A stretch of DNA of 64,000 nucleotides from a bacterium. Lineage in GTDB: Bacteria > UBA8248. The position numbers and the translations under genes were made by a program. Location of the stretch: the NCBI GenBank assembly GCA_965202625.1, contig CBDBBI010000010.1:1345489-1409488 (forward strand). Reading direction: 5' to 3'. Below are positions 27,983 through 38,151 of the stretch, one piece after another. Below the pieces are notes generated by a model that saw only the letters and a program-made list of their open reading frames with translations, did no database searches and was not told the DNA's origin. Within the stretch, counting starts at the first letter, position 1. Every line of letters begins with the position of its first letter.

Positions 27983-29440
27983 TCACCCAGAATCTGCCCG
28001 GACGGACGCCATCGTTATTTCACGATAGATGTAGCGGACAAAATGCAGCAGGATGGCGAACAGCCAGATCGGATAGAACTTCGCCGAAGTGGAAACGGCG
28101 ATGAACAAGGCGGGGATGGTGCAGAAAATAACGGCGAAAGGCATGAATAGGGGCAACGAATTCTCATGAGGCCGCAAGAGCATCACCCGAATAAAATATC
28201 TCACGGTCAAGAGGGGTAAAAGCACCCAGATTACGCCTAATATTCCCAAATCCACAATAACGTTCAAGGGAAAGCTGTGCAGCGTACGGAGACGGGTCTC
28301 CAGAGGATTCTTTTGGAACAAATCCATACTCGCCCACCCACTATTTAAGTTGTATTGCGTGATGTCTCCATAAATGTGCGATGAAAAGGTGGATGGCGTA
28401 TCAGCGGAATAGCCATAGAAGAATCCCCTCCGGGGTCCGCCCCCCAGGAAAGGCCGTTCAATAAAGATGTCTATCGCGCGCGCGTATTCAAAATTTCTCG
28501 ATTTCAACCCCCGGATCAGATTGGGAACGTCAACAAATTCAGGTCTCGCCGCCGTCCCCGCCGTCAGCCCTACAGAAACAAGCAGAACGAAAATCAAGGG
28601 CCCCACAAAAAAGGTATAAAAAGAGGTGATTTTCTTTTTTCTAAAAAGGTGTTTACGGAATCTCAAAAAAAAGATGAAAAGGAGCAGAATGCCCAGAAAC
28701 AACCCGAGCACCGGAGAACGTTTCCCCGTTGCGAAAAGCATAAGCATTCCGGAAAGTGACGCGAAAATATAAAAATACCCCCCTCTCCTCAAGAAAAAAT
28801 AGAAGCCAACGCCCACCAACAACAGTGCAAGCCTTGCGGGAACAACATGGTGGCTCGTGAACATGCTGATAAACATTCCAGTGCGAGAATCTACGGAATA
28901 CGTGTTGGGAATTCCCAAATAAAAGACCAGAATGCTCTCGACGCCCAAAACCAGGGTGACCCCTAACACGCTTTTCAACGCGCTTTCAAACTCTTCCCAG
29001 CCCCACATATTGCTGTAGATCAAATACCATACGAGCATGCCGTCCACATATGGAACGACATCCCACAGAATCATATACAGGGGCACAGACGTTTTCAATA
29101 CGTCCCCTGTCATATAGGCATAGAGTAATCCGACCCAGAATATCGCCCAAAACCAAAGCACGACGACCCCAAAAGCCAGCGGCGATCTTCTCACCCCAAA
29201 CCGAATCGCCTCTATGGCCCATGCGGCGCACAGCAAAACAAAAAGGAGCGCATAAACTTTATACGGACTTACCAAATCGTTTGGAAAATAAGGGACTCTT
29301 CTCCAGGGGATGAGAAAATAAACCGCATGGAGATAGATGACGGTATTCGTGAGCAAGAAGGGAGAAGCTCTCTTTTCACCCAAGACATGGGGAGCGCCTG
29401 ACTCCCGTTCGTCAGGCATGGAAGGATGATCCGGCGACAT
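27983..29440 (-). CDS. O-antigen ligase / Wzy polymerase-like multi-pass membrane protein
   Basis: About 12 hydrophobic segments; TGKRSP, RPFLGGG, LHSFPLNVIVDLGILG. Confidence 0.75.
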   Translation of the reverse strand: MSPDHPSMPDERESGAPHVLGEKRASPFLLTNTVIYLHAVYFLIPWRRVPYFPNDLVSPYKVYALLFVLLCAAWAIEAIRFGVRRSPLAFGVVVLWFWAIFWVGLLYAYMTGDVLKTSVPLYMILWDVVPYVDGMLVWYLIYSNMWGWEEFESALKSVLGVTLVLGVESILVFYLGIPNTYSVDSRTGMFISMFTSHHVVPARLALLLVGVGFYFFLRRGGYFYIFASLSGMLMLFATGKRSPVLGLFLGILLLFIFFLRFRKHLFRKKKITSFYTFFVGPLIFVLLVSVGLTAGTAARPEFVDVPNLIRGLKSRNFEYARAIDIFIERPFLGGGPRRGFFYGYSADTPSTFSSHIYGDITQYNLNSGWASMDLFQKNPLETRLRTLHSFPLNVIVDLGILGVIWVLLPLLTVRYFIRVMLLRPHENSLPLFMPFAVIFCTIPALFIAVSTSAKFYPIWLFAILLHFVRYIYREITMASVRADSG

Positions 29441-29544
29441 GTATCACTTGTGTAAACGAACTCACGCCATGGTCGCGCGGCAGCTTCACGCGCGGCATTT
29501 ATACGCTCGCCTTTGCAAAGAGCCAGATTGCTTCCGCAGGAAAC

Positions 29545-31593
29545 CTATATGCCATCTGGTTCTTTTCCTGGTTCTTTTCTCGCGACAATCGCTTCCCTGA
29601 ACTCAAGAAATAAAACCGCGCATACAGCAAGCAACAAACCCGCGAGCAGGCTCAAAGACACCTTGAACTTCAAATTTCTGGGAGTCGGTTTCCGTGGTAA
29701 AATCGCACGGCTCGCGATCTTCAAATTCGTGTTGCCAGACGATACGAACGTCGGCGCCCGGGCGTAGTTCTTGGACGCATCGGCATAGACAGAACGCAAT
29801 AACTCATATTCAAACTTTAACTTATTCTGGCGAGCGATGAAATTCTCCTTCTCAGCAACCTTTTGGTCCAGTTGTTGCCTCACATCCCGTAACTTGTCTT
29901 GAAACGTTTTCTTCTCCTCCCTTAAACGCATCACTGACAAAATACCTTTATCCAAAACGGACAATCTCTCAAATAGCGCATTTGTTATATGCACCGTCAT
30001 ACTCGTCAGAATCTCCTGCGACTTCGCTTCCGCCTGTTTTGCAAAACGACTCGGGCTTAAACCAATTTTTAGGAACAGATTATTTCTCCGATTCTGCCAA
30101 GCCAAGATCCCTCGTTCTTTCTTGCCAAGTTCAGACTCAATTTCCTTCCTCTGATTCAACATTCGATAGATTTTCATTTGCAGATATCTTACTTCACGCT
30201 TCCACAATTTTTTAGATTGCTCCAACAATTCCGAATCGATTTTTAAGATTCTCTCCCGATACCTGCTCTTTTTCTCCTTTACTCCTTCCAAGCGCAACTT
30301 CTCATCCACAATCTTGAGTGACGGTGCTTCAAGCAGAGGGATCACCCCGTTCACACCCTCATCTTGTTTCAGGACATTCACTAAAGATTGGCTACTCGGA
30401 GAGGATAATATTTCATTTTGGCTCAACTTATTCGCGTCGTTCATCCCATCGAACCATCGCAATTTTCTTACCGAAACCTGCTCTTCAACATCCAGAATAG
30501 GCAAAGCGGCCAAAAGTTTTTTCCTTTCATTCTCCAACAAATTTTTCGCGCCTTTCACTCTTTGAAGGCGAAACATAGCCTCAGAAATGTCTCCTAGCCC
30601 CATGCGTTGAATGGATTCATCTCGCACGCTTACTGGCCCATCGACTCTCAAATCACCGTTCGCCTTTTTGAGCAGGTTGGACAACTCGCTTCTTGCTTGC
30701 AATATCTCTTTTGAAATCACCCGATGAAACGCGAGCAAACTATTGACTTTATTGCTCTCGATCAGCATTCGCGAAGAGGAAGAAACACTGCTGTCCTCTA
30801 TGAACTTCAGCACTTCGTCCCGTTCCTTCAACATCACGTCATAGTCGTTGTCTCTGAGAGAGAGACCGTTCTTAAAAAGCAGGGATGATAGTTGGCTTCG
30901 CTGCTCCAGCAGTATCCGGATATCCTCGTTCAAATGCGCTAAATTGGATTTTTTATTGAATTGCAACAGCGCGCTTTCCGCATCGTTCAGTTGCTGCCTT
31001 GCGTCATCGTGCTGTTGTTGAAGATATTTTTTCGTTTGCAAAACGTCCGATTGGCTATAATTCGAATATGAGCGCACCGTTTGTTCGGCGACATAGTTCG
31101 CCAAATCTCTCGACAATGCGGGAACCGGCGTAGTGGCGGAGAGGTGAAGCAGGCTCGTGTCCTTAATTATTCTTACCGCTAAAACGCCACCCCACAGGTT
31201 GACCGCCGATATACCGTGAGGCTCGGCATCCTGCCTGAACTTCTGCATCACTTGCTCGGCAGGCACAAGACTCGAGAGCAATTCACCGGCTGTCTGTATG
31301 CCGAGCCTGGAAATTCCGGATCGGGACGGAGCACTCTCCAGTTTCAAAACATCCACGAGCATCACCGCGGTAGATTTATATTCTCTCACTTTGGAAAAGG
31401 TGGTTGCGAATACAAACCCAACAAATACCAAAGGACAGACGAAAAACAACAACCAGCGCTTTTTGAGGGAATTCACAATTTCCTGCAAAGATATCCGATC
31501 TTCCCATTCTTCCATTCTGAAACGCTCGCCAGTTTCAAAATACTCCCTCACCACGCGCCGAATCCATCTCCTGCCAAAATCCATCGCCCCCAT
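29545..31593 (-). CDS. Wzz/GumC-type polysaccharide co-polymerase with long coiled-coil, no kinase domain
   Basis: ISLQEIVNSLKKRWLLFF + TM1, YKSTAVMLV, long heptad-rich region, AILPRKPTPRN + TM2. Confidence 0.85.
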   Translation of the reverse strand: MGAMDFGRRWIRRVVREYFETGERFRMEEWEDRISLQEIVNSLKKRWLLFFVCPLVFVGFVFATTFSKVREYKSTAVMLVDVLKLESAPSRSGISRLGIQTAGELLSSLVPAEQVMQKFRQDAEPHGISAVNLWGGVLAVRIIKDTSLLHLSATTPVPALSRDLANYVAEQTVRSYSNYSQSDVLQTKKYLQQQHDDARQQLNDAESALLQFNKKSNLAHLNEDIRILLEQRSQLSSLLFKNGLSLRDNDYDVMLKERDEVLKFIEDSSVSSSSRMLIESNKVNSLLAFHRVISKEILQARSELSNLLKKANGDLRVDGPVSVRDESIQRMGLGDISEAMFRLQRVKGAKNLLENERKKLLAALPILDVEEQVSVRKLRWFDGMNDANKLSQNEILSSPSSQSLVNVLKQDEGVNGVIPLLEAPSLKIVDEKLRLEGVKEKKSRYRERILKIDSELLEQSKKLWKREVRYLQMKIYRMLNQRKEIESELGKKERGILAWQNRRNNLFLKIGLSPSRFAKQAEAKSQEILTSMTVHITNALFERLSVLDKGILSVMRLREEKKTFQDKLRDVRQQLDQKVAEKENFIARQNKLKFEYELLRSVYADASKNYARAPTFVSSGNTNLKIASRAILPRKPTPRNLKFKVSLSLLAGLLLAVCAVLFLEFREAIVARKEPGKEPDGI

Positions 31594-31595
31594 CC

Positions 31596-32576
31596 CTATA
31601 TATGCCCACCCTGCAACTCATATTCTATTTTTGGCGCCAACCTCGGAACAGTAAAACCTTGATGAAAGCAAACCACGTTTTCCACCGCTTCCATTTCCAT
31701 CCGCAGACGTGATTCTTTTGTAAAAGAACCAATATGGCTCGTCAACAAGCAGTTCCCCATATTCGCCAAAGGGCCCAGATAGGGTTCCTCCGCAAATACG
31801 TCCAGTGCCGCACCACCGATTCTGCCCGCCTTCAATACCTCCGCCAAGGCGTTTTCGTCAATCACCCCCCCCCGCGCAGTGTTCACTAGAATAGCATCCG
31901 ACTTCATCAACGACAATTCCGCTTTCCCAACGTAATTTTCCGTCCGCGAATTTCTGGGCAGGTGCAGGGTAATCACGTCCGCTCGCCGAAAAATTTCGTT
32001 TTTCCCCACCCATGCGATTCCGACCTCCGTTCCAAATTCCAGATCCGGATTGACGTCATGCCCCAGGATATTCGCGCCAAAGGATCTCAGAAGCCGAGCA
32101 ACGCGCTTTCCGATGCGATTGACGCCTATCACTCCCACCGTTACGTCTCCAACCCCTCTGCCTATAGAACGCTCCCACCTTCCCGCGCGCAAAGACGCGT
32201 CCACCTTGTGAATCCCTCGAAGCATGGACACTATCAAACCTATGGTTAAATCAGCCACGGCTGCGGAGGGAGCCTCGGGCGTATACGCCACCTGAACTCC
32301 GCGTTTTCGGGCCGCCAGCAGATCCACGCTGTCCAGACCGACTCCAACGCGAGAGACAAGCCTCAAATTCGGGGCGCTTTCCATCACCTTCGCCGTAATG
32401 GGCTCCACGCCCGCGATGACGTAACGCGCCTCGGCGACGAGGGCGCACATCTCACTCTCGCTTGGCCGACGCGAATGTGGCTGGAAAAAGTATTCGATTT
32501 CCGCTTTTTCGAGAATTTCCAGGGGCTCGCGGCCGAACGCGCCGAAAGAAGCAAGACTTATCAGGGCTTTGCTCAT
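31596..32576 (-). CDS. D-isomer-specific 2-hydroxyacid dehydrogenase (phosphoglycerate-dehydrogenase-like, no ACT domain)
   Basis: SRVGVGLDSVD, VNTARGGVIDE, ALDVFAEEP, TSHIGS; GVIGVNRIG in place of GxGxxG. Confidence 0.9.
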   Translation of the reverse strand: MSKALISLASFGAFGREPLEILEKAEIEYFFQPHSRRPSESEMCALVAEARYVIAGVEPITAKVMESAPNLRLVSRVGVGLDSVDLLAARKRGVQVAYTPEAPSAAVADLTIGLIVSMLRGIHKVDASLRAGRWERSIGRGVGDVTVGVIGVNRIGKRVARLLRSFGANILGHDVNPDLEFGTEVGIAWVGKNEIFRRADVITLHLPRNSRTENYVGKAELSLMKSDAILVNTARGGVIDENALAEVLKAGRIGGAALDVFAEEPYLGPLANMGNCLLTSHIGSFTKESRLRMEMEAVENVVCFHQGFTVPRLAPKIEYELQGGHI

Positions 32577-32613
32577 TATCCCATTCTTCGTTTGCGATTG
32601 GCGTATTCGACCT

Positions 32614-33359
32614 TCAAGCGAAAACGAGGACGCCTTTTGAACGCTTCGCTTCTCGGTGAGAAAACCTCGATTTGCCGCCCTTCACTACACGCGCATTCCC
32701 TTGAGCCTCAGACTCATGAAACGCTATTACCATCTCCAGCGCTTTCATCCCACATTCCAGGGCGCAACTCAAGTCTCCTGTCCCCAAAAGTTCCACAATT
32801 CCATTTCCCGTGCGCTGGACAATATCATAATTTTCGCCAGCAAGCGAATGCCGCTCCATGGGATTTACATACCGGGGAAAAGGACGATCCCTCAACTCCT
32901 CGGCGCGCGCGTAGATTGGTCAAGAAGCGTTGAGCTCGTCAATGACGATTCCGCCATATCTCCCCGCGAGAACGATGAGATACGGGACGCCCCTATCCTC
33001 ACAAGACTCCACGTAACCTCTCATGCCATTCCTGAATACGACCGTGCCGAATCCGGCAGGGTCCTCATATGGATATTGCGCGCCTCTCGGATTCGGAGTG
33101 CGTGTTGCGTGCATGATCAAGCGCTCCGAGTGCCCAGGCGGGTTCAGATTCCGAAAGAAATCGCATCAAATCAAAAAGGTGAATGACAAAATTATCGAGA
33201 CCCGTAACGTCGCAATGGAAATAGACATGACGAATCTCGCCCACGCGCTGAGGTCGCCATTCACAAATGGCGACCACCTCCACAGGGCGTTCCCTCATAG
33301 GCGCGATAATGCCGCTGTCCCATGCCGCCAAACCCGACGATAACCGCAGGAAGCGCCAT
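32614..33359 (-). pseudogene. Gfo/Idh/MocA oxidoreductase with internal deletion, two frameshifts and a nonsense codon
   Basis: MALPAVIVGFGGMGQRH / VEVVAICEWRPQRV joined directly to GEIRHVYF; IHLFDLMRFL; PNPRGAQYPYEDPAGFG; TGA at 32920. Confidence 0.8.
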
Positions 33360-33361
33360 GT

Positions 33362-33800
33362 CTATTCAACTGTGATGACGGGAAAAAGGGCGCCCAGCCT
33401 GAAACGTGATTCGGGAGACTCCGTACAGGCGCTCAAAAGAGACTGGTCGAACACGTAATCGAATTCTCCCATGCTCTCTCCGGCTTGCCCGCCACCATCC
33501 AGCGATGGGGAGATGGGGACACCCATTTCTTCGCAATCCGGGGCGCAGGGCCAAGCGCGTTTCAATACCTGCAACCCAAGATTCCCGCGCACGCATCAAA
33601 GCCAAGAAATATCCGGGGCACCTCCCTGCCTCAAAGAGAACGTCCGCTCGCCTTGAGGTAGTCTTGCGTCGATTCGAGATACGTTTTGGCGTCTCTTTCT
33701 TCGCCGTAAATCACCCCATATTCCTTCGTAAAATTTCCTATTCATCCTCCGGACGCATTCCGGAGGTCAGAGACGCCAGCAGACAATCCAGACGTCTATA
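33362..33800 (-). pseudogene. Possible degraded class I methyltransferase remnant
   Basis: Broken frames contain DVLFEAGSAP (motif-I-like) and GEFDYVFDQS (motif-II-like). Confidence 0.3.
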
Positions 33801-33824
33801 CGCTTTCTTTCGCCACAACCCGCC

Positions 33825-34766
33825 TCATGCGGAAACCTCGTTTTCCAAAGCCCACTCCACCATTTTTTTCAGACCCGCGCCCAGCTGCGTTTTCGGCTTC
33901 CAGCCAATATCCCTGCGGATTGCGGTGATATCCGCAACGCTACCGAAGATGTCCCCCGGCGTGTTCCCATCCTGGCGGATGGGATATTCCTCATATCCGA
34001 ACGCTTCGATCAAGGCGGAAAGAAGTTGCTTGACGGTAGTTCTTCGAGCGGACCCCAGATTATATACCCGATTGAACGTTCTTGCTTCATGGAGAGACCG
34101 CATCCAGGCGTCAACGACGTCATCAACGTAGAGGAAGTCCCGATAACGCTCGAACGCCCCTTTCACCAATATCGTCTCCCGTTTCAACAAATAAGCGAGA
34201 TAAATGCTTACCATTCCCTGCTTGTGGTTTTTGAAATCTTGCCCGGTGCCATAAATGTTGAACAAGCGAAAAATCGTAGCATCCCCTCCAAGACGTCCGA
34301 AATGACGCAAAAGAACTTCCGCCGCCGCCTTAGACGCGCCATAAAAAGAGTGGGGAGCAAGGGGATGATCTTCTCGAAGCGGAAGCTCTGAGGATCCATA
34401 AACCGCCATCGAACTCGCAAACAAAACGCGCTTGACGCCGTTGCGTTCGCACCATCTCAACAGGAGAAAGGTGCCCCTGGCATTCGCATCGAAATCATGC
34501 AGCGGGACCTCGTGGGAAATTTGGCCTGATGACTGGGCACCCAGATGCAGGACGGCGTCAACAGGTCCAAACCTGAAGCCGGCATACGTCCGAGAATCGG
34601 ACAAGCTCCCGACAACCAACTCAGCGCCGGGGGGGGGGGGGACGTTTTTCTCATCGCCCGTTGACAAATTATCCACCACAAACACGGAATGGCCCTCGTC
34701 AATCAATCTTTTCACAATGCAAGAGCCGATGAAGCCGGCACCGCCAGTCACCAGATAACGTCCCAC
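33825..34766 (-). CDS. NAD-dependent epimerase/dehydratase (extended SDR)
   Basis: VTGGAGFIGS, ASSMAVYG, YGASK, RLFNIYG, RDFLYVDD. Confidence 0.93.
   Translation of the reverse strand: MGRYLVTGGAGFIGSCIVKRLIDEGHSVFVVDNLSTGDEKNVPPPPGAELVVGSLSDSRTYAGFRFGPVDAVLHLGAQSSGQISHEVPLHDFDANARGTFLLLRWCERNGVKRVLFASSMAVYGSSELPLREDHPLAPHSFYGASKAAAEVLLRHFGRLGGDATIFRLFNIYGTGQDFKNHKQGMVSIYLAYLLKRETILVKGAFERYRDFLYVDDVVDAWMRSLHEARTFNRVYNLGSARRTTVKQLLSALIEAFGYEEYPIRQDGNTPGDIFGSVADITAIRRDIGWKPKTQLGAGLKKMVEWALENEVSA
34629..34641. repeat. G13/C13 homopolymer inside the epimerase coding sequence
   Basis: 13 consecutive G on +; reads GTC CCC CCC CCC CCC GGC (VPPPPG) on -. Confidence 0.95.
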
Positions 34767-34769
34767 CTC

Positions 34770-36767
34770 CTATTCACTCCTCGCGGAACAGCCAACGCTT
34801 CTGTGACGTTTATCCACCGCTTTCATATTCAAGAGCTCTCTCCACCTCGGAAGTTCAGGGTCGAGGTTCCAATAGCTTCGCACAAAATCTCTTTTCTCGC
34901 CCAAACTCTTTGAAGGACCATATTCCAGGTAGGCTCCAAGTTTTTCTCTCAGTTCTTCCGGCGTACTGAAAGAGCGATAGTATCCCTCATGTCCCGTCAA
35001 TAAATTCATGCTGAAAGCAGAACTCACAACAGGAACGAAAACCTCGCACCCATAGGCAAGAGCGTCTATTGATACAGAACTCGAGGGCACGAGAACGGCG
35101 TCCACCCGTTGAAGACAGGCATAGATGTCCCCTTCTTTTATATTCCACCGGTATTCTTCCGCCTGAACCCCCAGCTCATTGAGCCACAAACCCATCGGTG
35201 TCAATGGATGACCCTTGAGCCACACGTCCCATTCTCCCGCAAGCGGATAGGCACCCTGCAGAAACGACAAGAAGGATTTCGTCTCCTCACGGGAAAAGGA
35301 GCCCGCAACCAGCAAGGTCGGCTTGCGGGCTTTTGCGGGCAATGGGTAATTCATGTTTTTGGCCAGTGATATTTGGCGAATCCCCTCTACTTCGAACAGA
35401 TGGGGATATCCCCACTCAGAGAGGAGGCCATTCGTCCCCCCGCCATTGACGGCGATTCTTCCGGGAATAGGCAATCCATCAGGAAGGTGGTAGGATTCGA
35501 GCTCTGATTTGTGGTGGATAAAAGATATAAAATTCCGAGAAAGGGTCGTGTGCACGAAGCCGACAGATTCCAGAGCGGGCTTTTTGCGTAAAATCGCTCG
35601 ATTCATCGCTTTTTCCCACGCCTGCATTTCACATGGATATACGCACAGAGAAGGGTTTTCCAAGACGCTGAAAAATCTCTTGAACGCTTCATATTGAATC
35701 AGCCCGCGCATGGCCTCTATGCCGCAAAACGAGCGTCTCCACAAATTCTCGACGAGGGGATAGCATTCGACGGGAAACAAAGCTCCGCACATTTGCTCTT
35801 CATCGAAACTTCTCTCCAGAACAAAATATCTTCCTACTTGCCGCAACCACGAACACAACGCCGTGAAAGCCTCCTTAAAACCAAAAAATTCATCAAAAAA
35901 CGCAAGGTGCTCCCCGTTTTTCCTGAATTTCCTCGCCATCTTCAAGGATCCCCAAAAACCGATGCCTCCGACGCGCGCGAAAATTAAGAGCCAAAGAATA
36001 CGCTCGCCTTGTCTGGAATACATTTCTTGAATCGGCTCAAAATATCGATTGCGAAAAACACCGCCCTCCCCTCCATTCAGATACGAAAAATAACTCACGA
36101 ACACATGCGGTGCCGAGGCGAGCGTTTCCCGCTGGGAAAAACCCATCATCAGTCTGGCGAGCATGGCTCTTTGGCAGGCTTGCAGCCAACCCGCAAGTGC
36201 AAGCAAAAAAATGCCCGGAAATAAAGCCTTCATCCCTTGCGTACTGAATATCTGGGGTTTTTTCTCCAGATGAAACGACATGCCAAAGACATCCGCCATG
36301 CGTTTTATCGACTTACAGAGATTCCTGCTTTTTATGGCCACCGCCATGCGGTCGTATTTTCCGGTTCGCAGTTGCTTCTGAATCGCAAGCGCTTGGGCCA
36401 ACTCGAGAAACGTATCGGTTTTGAATGGGTTCTTCTCTGAAATGGGTCCTAGCCAGAAGCCGCTCATCCCTCCATCACTCGTCATGAAAAAACGCCGAAT
36501 GGAAACGTTGCGGATACGCGACATTCCGCGCTTGGCAGACCATTCGGGAAGCCCCCTAGAAAGATTCTCACTTTCCCGCTCGACAAACCTGGCTGCATTC
36601 AACACGACGACTTGCTCCAGGCCACGCTTGTGAAGTTCTTGCTCAAGACGCCGGATAAACGTCCAATTCGCCGTCAGGGAGAACAGAAAAACCGCATTCT
36701 GGTCGCCCCAGGCTTCAGGCGACAGTTCTTCAAACGAGAGGCTTTCATCAAAGACAAATAACTGCAT
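34770..36767 (-). CDS. Surface carbohydrate biosynthesis protein (TIGR04326-like), putative transferase (start re-assigned to ATG 36767)
   Basis: FRNRYF, YPCEMQAWEK, GFVH, LKGHP, SSVSIDAL GT-B-like C-terminus; GGAGG RBS. Confidence 0.6.
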   Translation of the reverse strand: MQLFVFDESLSFEELSPEAWGDQNAVFLFSLTANWTFIRRLEQELHKRGLEQVVVLNAARFVERESENLSRGLPEWSAKRGMSRIRNVSIRRFFMTSDGGMSGFWLGPISEKNPFKTDTFLELAQALAIQKQLRTGKYDRMAVAIKSRNLCKSIKRMADVFGMSFHLEKKPQIFSTQGMKALFPGIFLLALAGWLQACQRAMLARLMMGFSQRETLASAPHVFVSYFSYLNGGEGGVFRNRYFEPIQEMYSRQGERILWLLIFARVGGIGFWGSLKMARKFRKNGEHLAFFDEFFGFKEAFTALCSWLRQVGRYFVLERSFDEEQMCGALFPVECYPLVENLWRRSFCGIEAMRGLIQYEAFKRFFSVLENPSLCVYPCEMQAWEKAMNRAILRKKPALESVGFVHTTLSRNFISFIHHKSELESYHLPDGLPIPGRIAVNGGGTNGLLSEWGYPHLFEVEGIRQISLAKNMNYPLPAKARKPTLLVAGSFSREETKSFLSFLQGAYPLAGEWDVWLKGHPLTPMGLWLNELGVQAEEYRWNIKEGDIYACLQRVDAVLVPSSSVSIDALAYGCEVFVPVVSSAFSMNLLTGHEGYYRSFSTPEELREKLGAYLEYGPSKSLGEKRDFVRSYWNLDPELPRWRELLNMKAVDKRHRSVGCSARSE

Positions 36768-36961
36768 CCAAAGACCTCCTGGATTTCGAGACCCGCGCGT
36801 AAAATGCAAGGTAAAAAGAGATGAATTGCGCCTTTTTAGGCGCACAGGGCGCATCCATGACGCAGCCCGCCAACAAGGACGGTCACTCAGTGCCTCGAAA
36901 CCATCGAAAGAACGATAGATCCTGGGGAAGTCGCTGAAAACGGAAAAGGAAAAAAAGCGAA

Positions 36962-37879
36962 TCAATCAAAGATTTTAATTTCCTCGGGAGGACCCGACCC
37001 TACCTCGTCATGAATCTCACGCAGACATTCCAATAATCCTTGTCCCATATCCATATACTTGTTGGCCACGATTTTCTGGCCAATTTTAGGCTCGAACGTA
37101 TATGGCGTCAGGCTATAGTGACCCACGTGGCCATCCTGGTTGAACTCCAACGCAATGTCTCCCCCCAGAATTTCACGTATCATTTCCAGAAGTGCTCTGA
37201 AGCGTATGGGATAGGAGCCAGTGATTATCAGGTGCTGATTAGAGAATTCCGCATCCAGGACGTGAGCGCAAAGACGCGTCGCATCCTTTACGCTGATGTA
37301 TTCGCGCATCTCGTCGCCGGTGCCGAAGCATTGAACCCGTCTTTCGGATATCGCCTGACGCAGATAACGATGGACGCTGTTTCTTGCATCCGCTCGAGGG
37401 CCAAACAAAGTCCCGAAACGAAGAATCGTATAATCCAGGCCATACTGCTTTTGATACTCTTCCACGTAGAGTTCCGCCGCTTGCTTGCTGCAACGATAAA
37501 AGCCGCCTCGATTGCTATAAACGTATATGGAGCTGGCGTGAACATAGCGCTGGACGCCGGCTTCGCGCGACGCATCAAGTATGTTCACAGTACCCAGGAC
37601 GTTCTGGGTGACAGTTTGCGCGGCTTGCGTTTTCGCATCATCGAGGTCTGCAATGCCGGCGAAGTTGCAGACGACGGCACAGCCTCTTACGGCCTCACGC
37701 ACTTGAGCGGAGTCCAGAATATCGCCAACATACATTTTCTGGCCTGGCCGCAAATATGGGGAGGGGCTCAAGTCGAATACAAGAACCTCATGCCCATCCT
37801 CAACAAACGCGTCGGCTAGGTGGCTGCCAACAAAGCCCGAGCCCCCAAACACGACAATTTTCAACGTGTCGGCCACCAA
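36962..37879 (-). CDS. NAD-dependent epimerase/dehydratase
   Basis: VFGGSGFVGSH, ASSIYVYS, YRCSK, RFGTLFGPR. Confidence 0.92.
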   Translation of the reverse strand: MVADTLKIVVFGGSGFVGSHLADAFVEDGHEVLVFDLSPSPYLRPGQKMYVGDILDSAQVREAVRGCAVVCNFAGIADLDDAKTQAAQTVTQNVLGTVNILDASREAGVQRYVHASSIYVYSNRGGFYRCSKQAAELYVEEYQKQYGLDYTILRFGTLFGPRADARNSVHRYLRQAISERRVQCFGTGDEMREYISVKDATRLCAHVLDAEFSNQHLIITGSYPIRFRALLEMIREILGGDIALEFNQDGHVGHYSLTPYTFEPKIGQKIVANKYMDMGQGLLECLREIHDEVGSGPPEEIKIFD

Positions 37880-38139
37880 CCAATCTCCGTCCGCAATGGA
37901 TACGATTTACCCGGTGATGTAATCCGCATTCTCTTGAGAGCAAATAAACGACCAACGACGCGATTTCATCGGGTTACGCCATTCTCTTCGTCGGAATCAC
38001 GGCCACCCTTATCCACCAGTTTTTCCAATGCGGGGCTACTCGTTCCGTAATGAGCGAAAACGCTGGCTCGAACGCGAAGGAGAAGACGCAAAATGGCCTG
38101 CCCGATACCTGAGCTCACGCCCGTTAAAAGCACTTCCAT
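37880..38139 (-). pseudogene. Short-chain dehydrogenase/reductase remnant with large internal deletion
   Basis: MEVLLTGVSSGIGQAILRLLL (TGxxxGIG) followed after about 45 codons by C-terminal IPTKRMA*PDEIASLVVYLLS / ENADYITG*IVSI. Confidence 0.8.
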
Positions 38140-38151
38140 AGGAATGCAACC

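Noticed and set aside
31865-31873. C9 tract as phase-variation site
   Set aside because: Encodes the conserved TARGG motif, so it is explained by protein constraint
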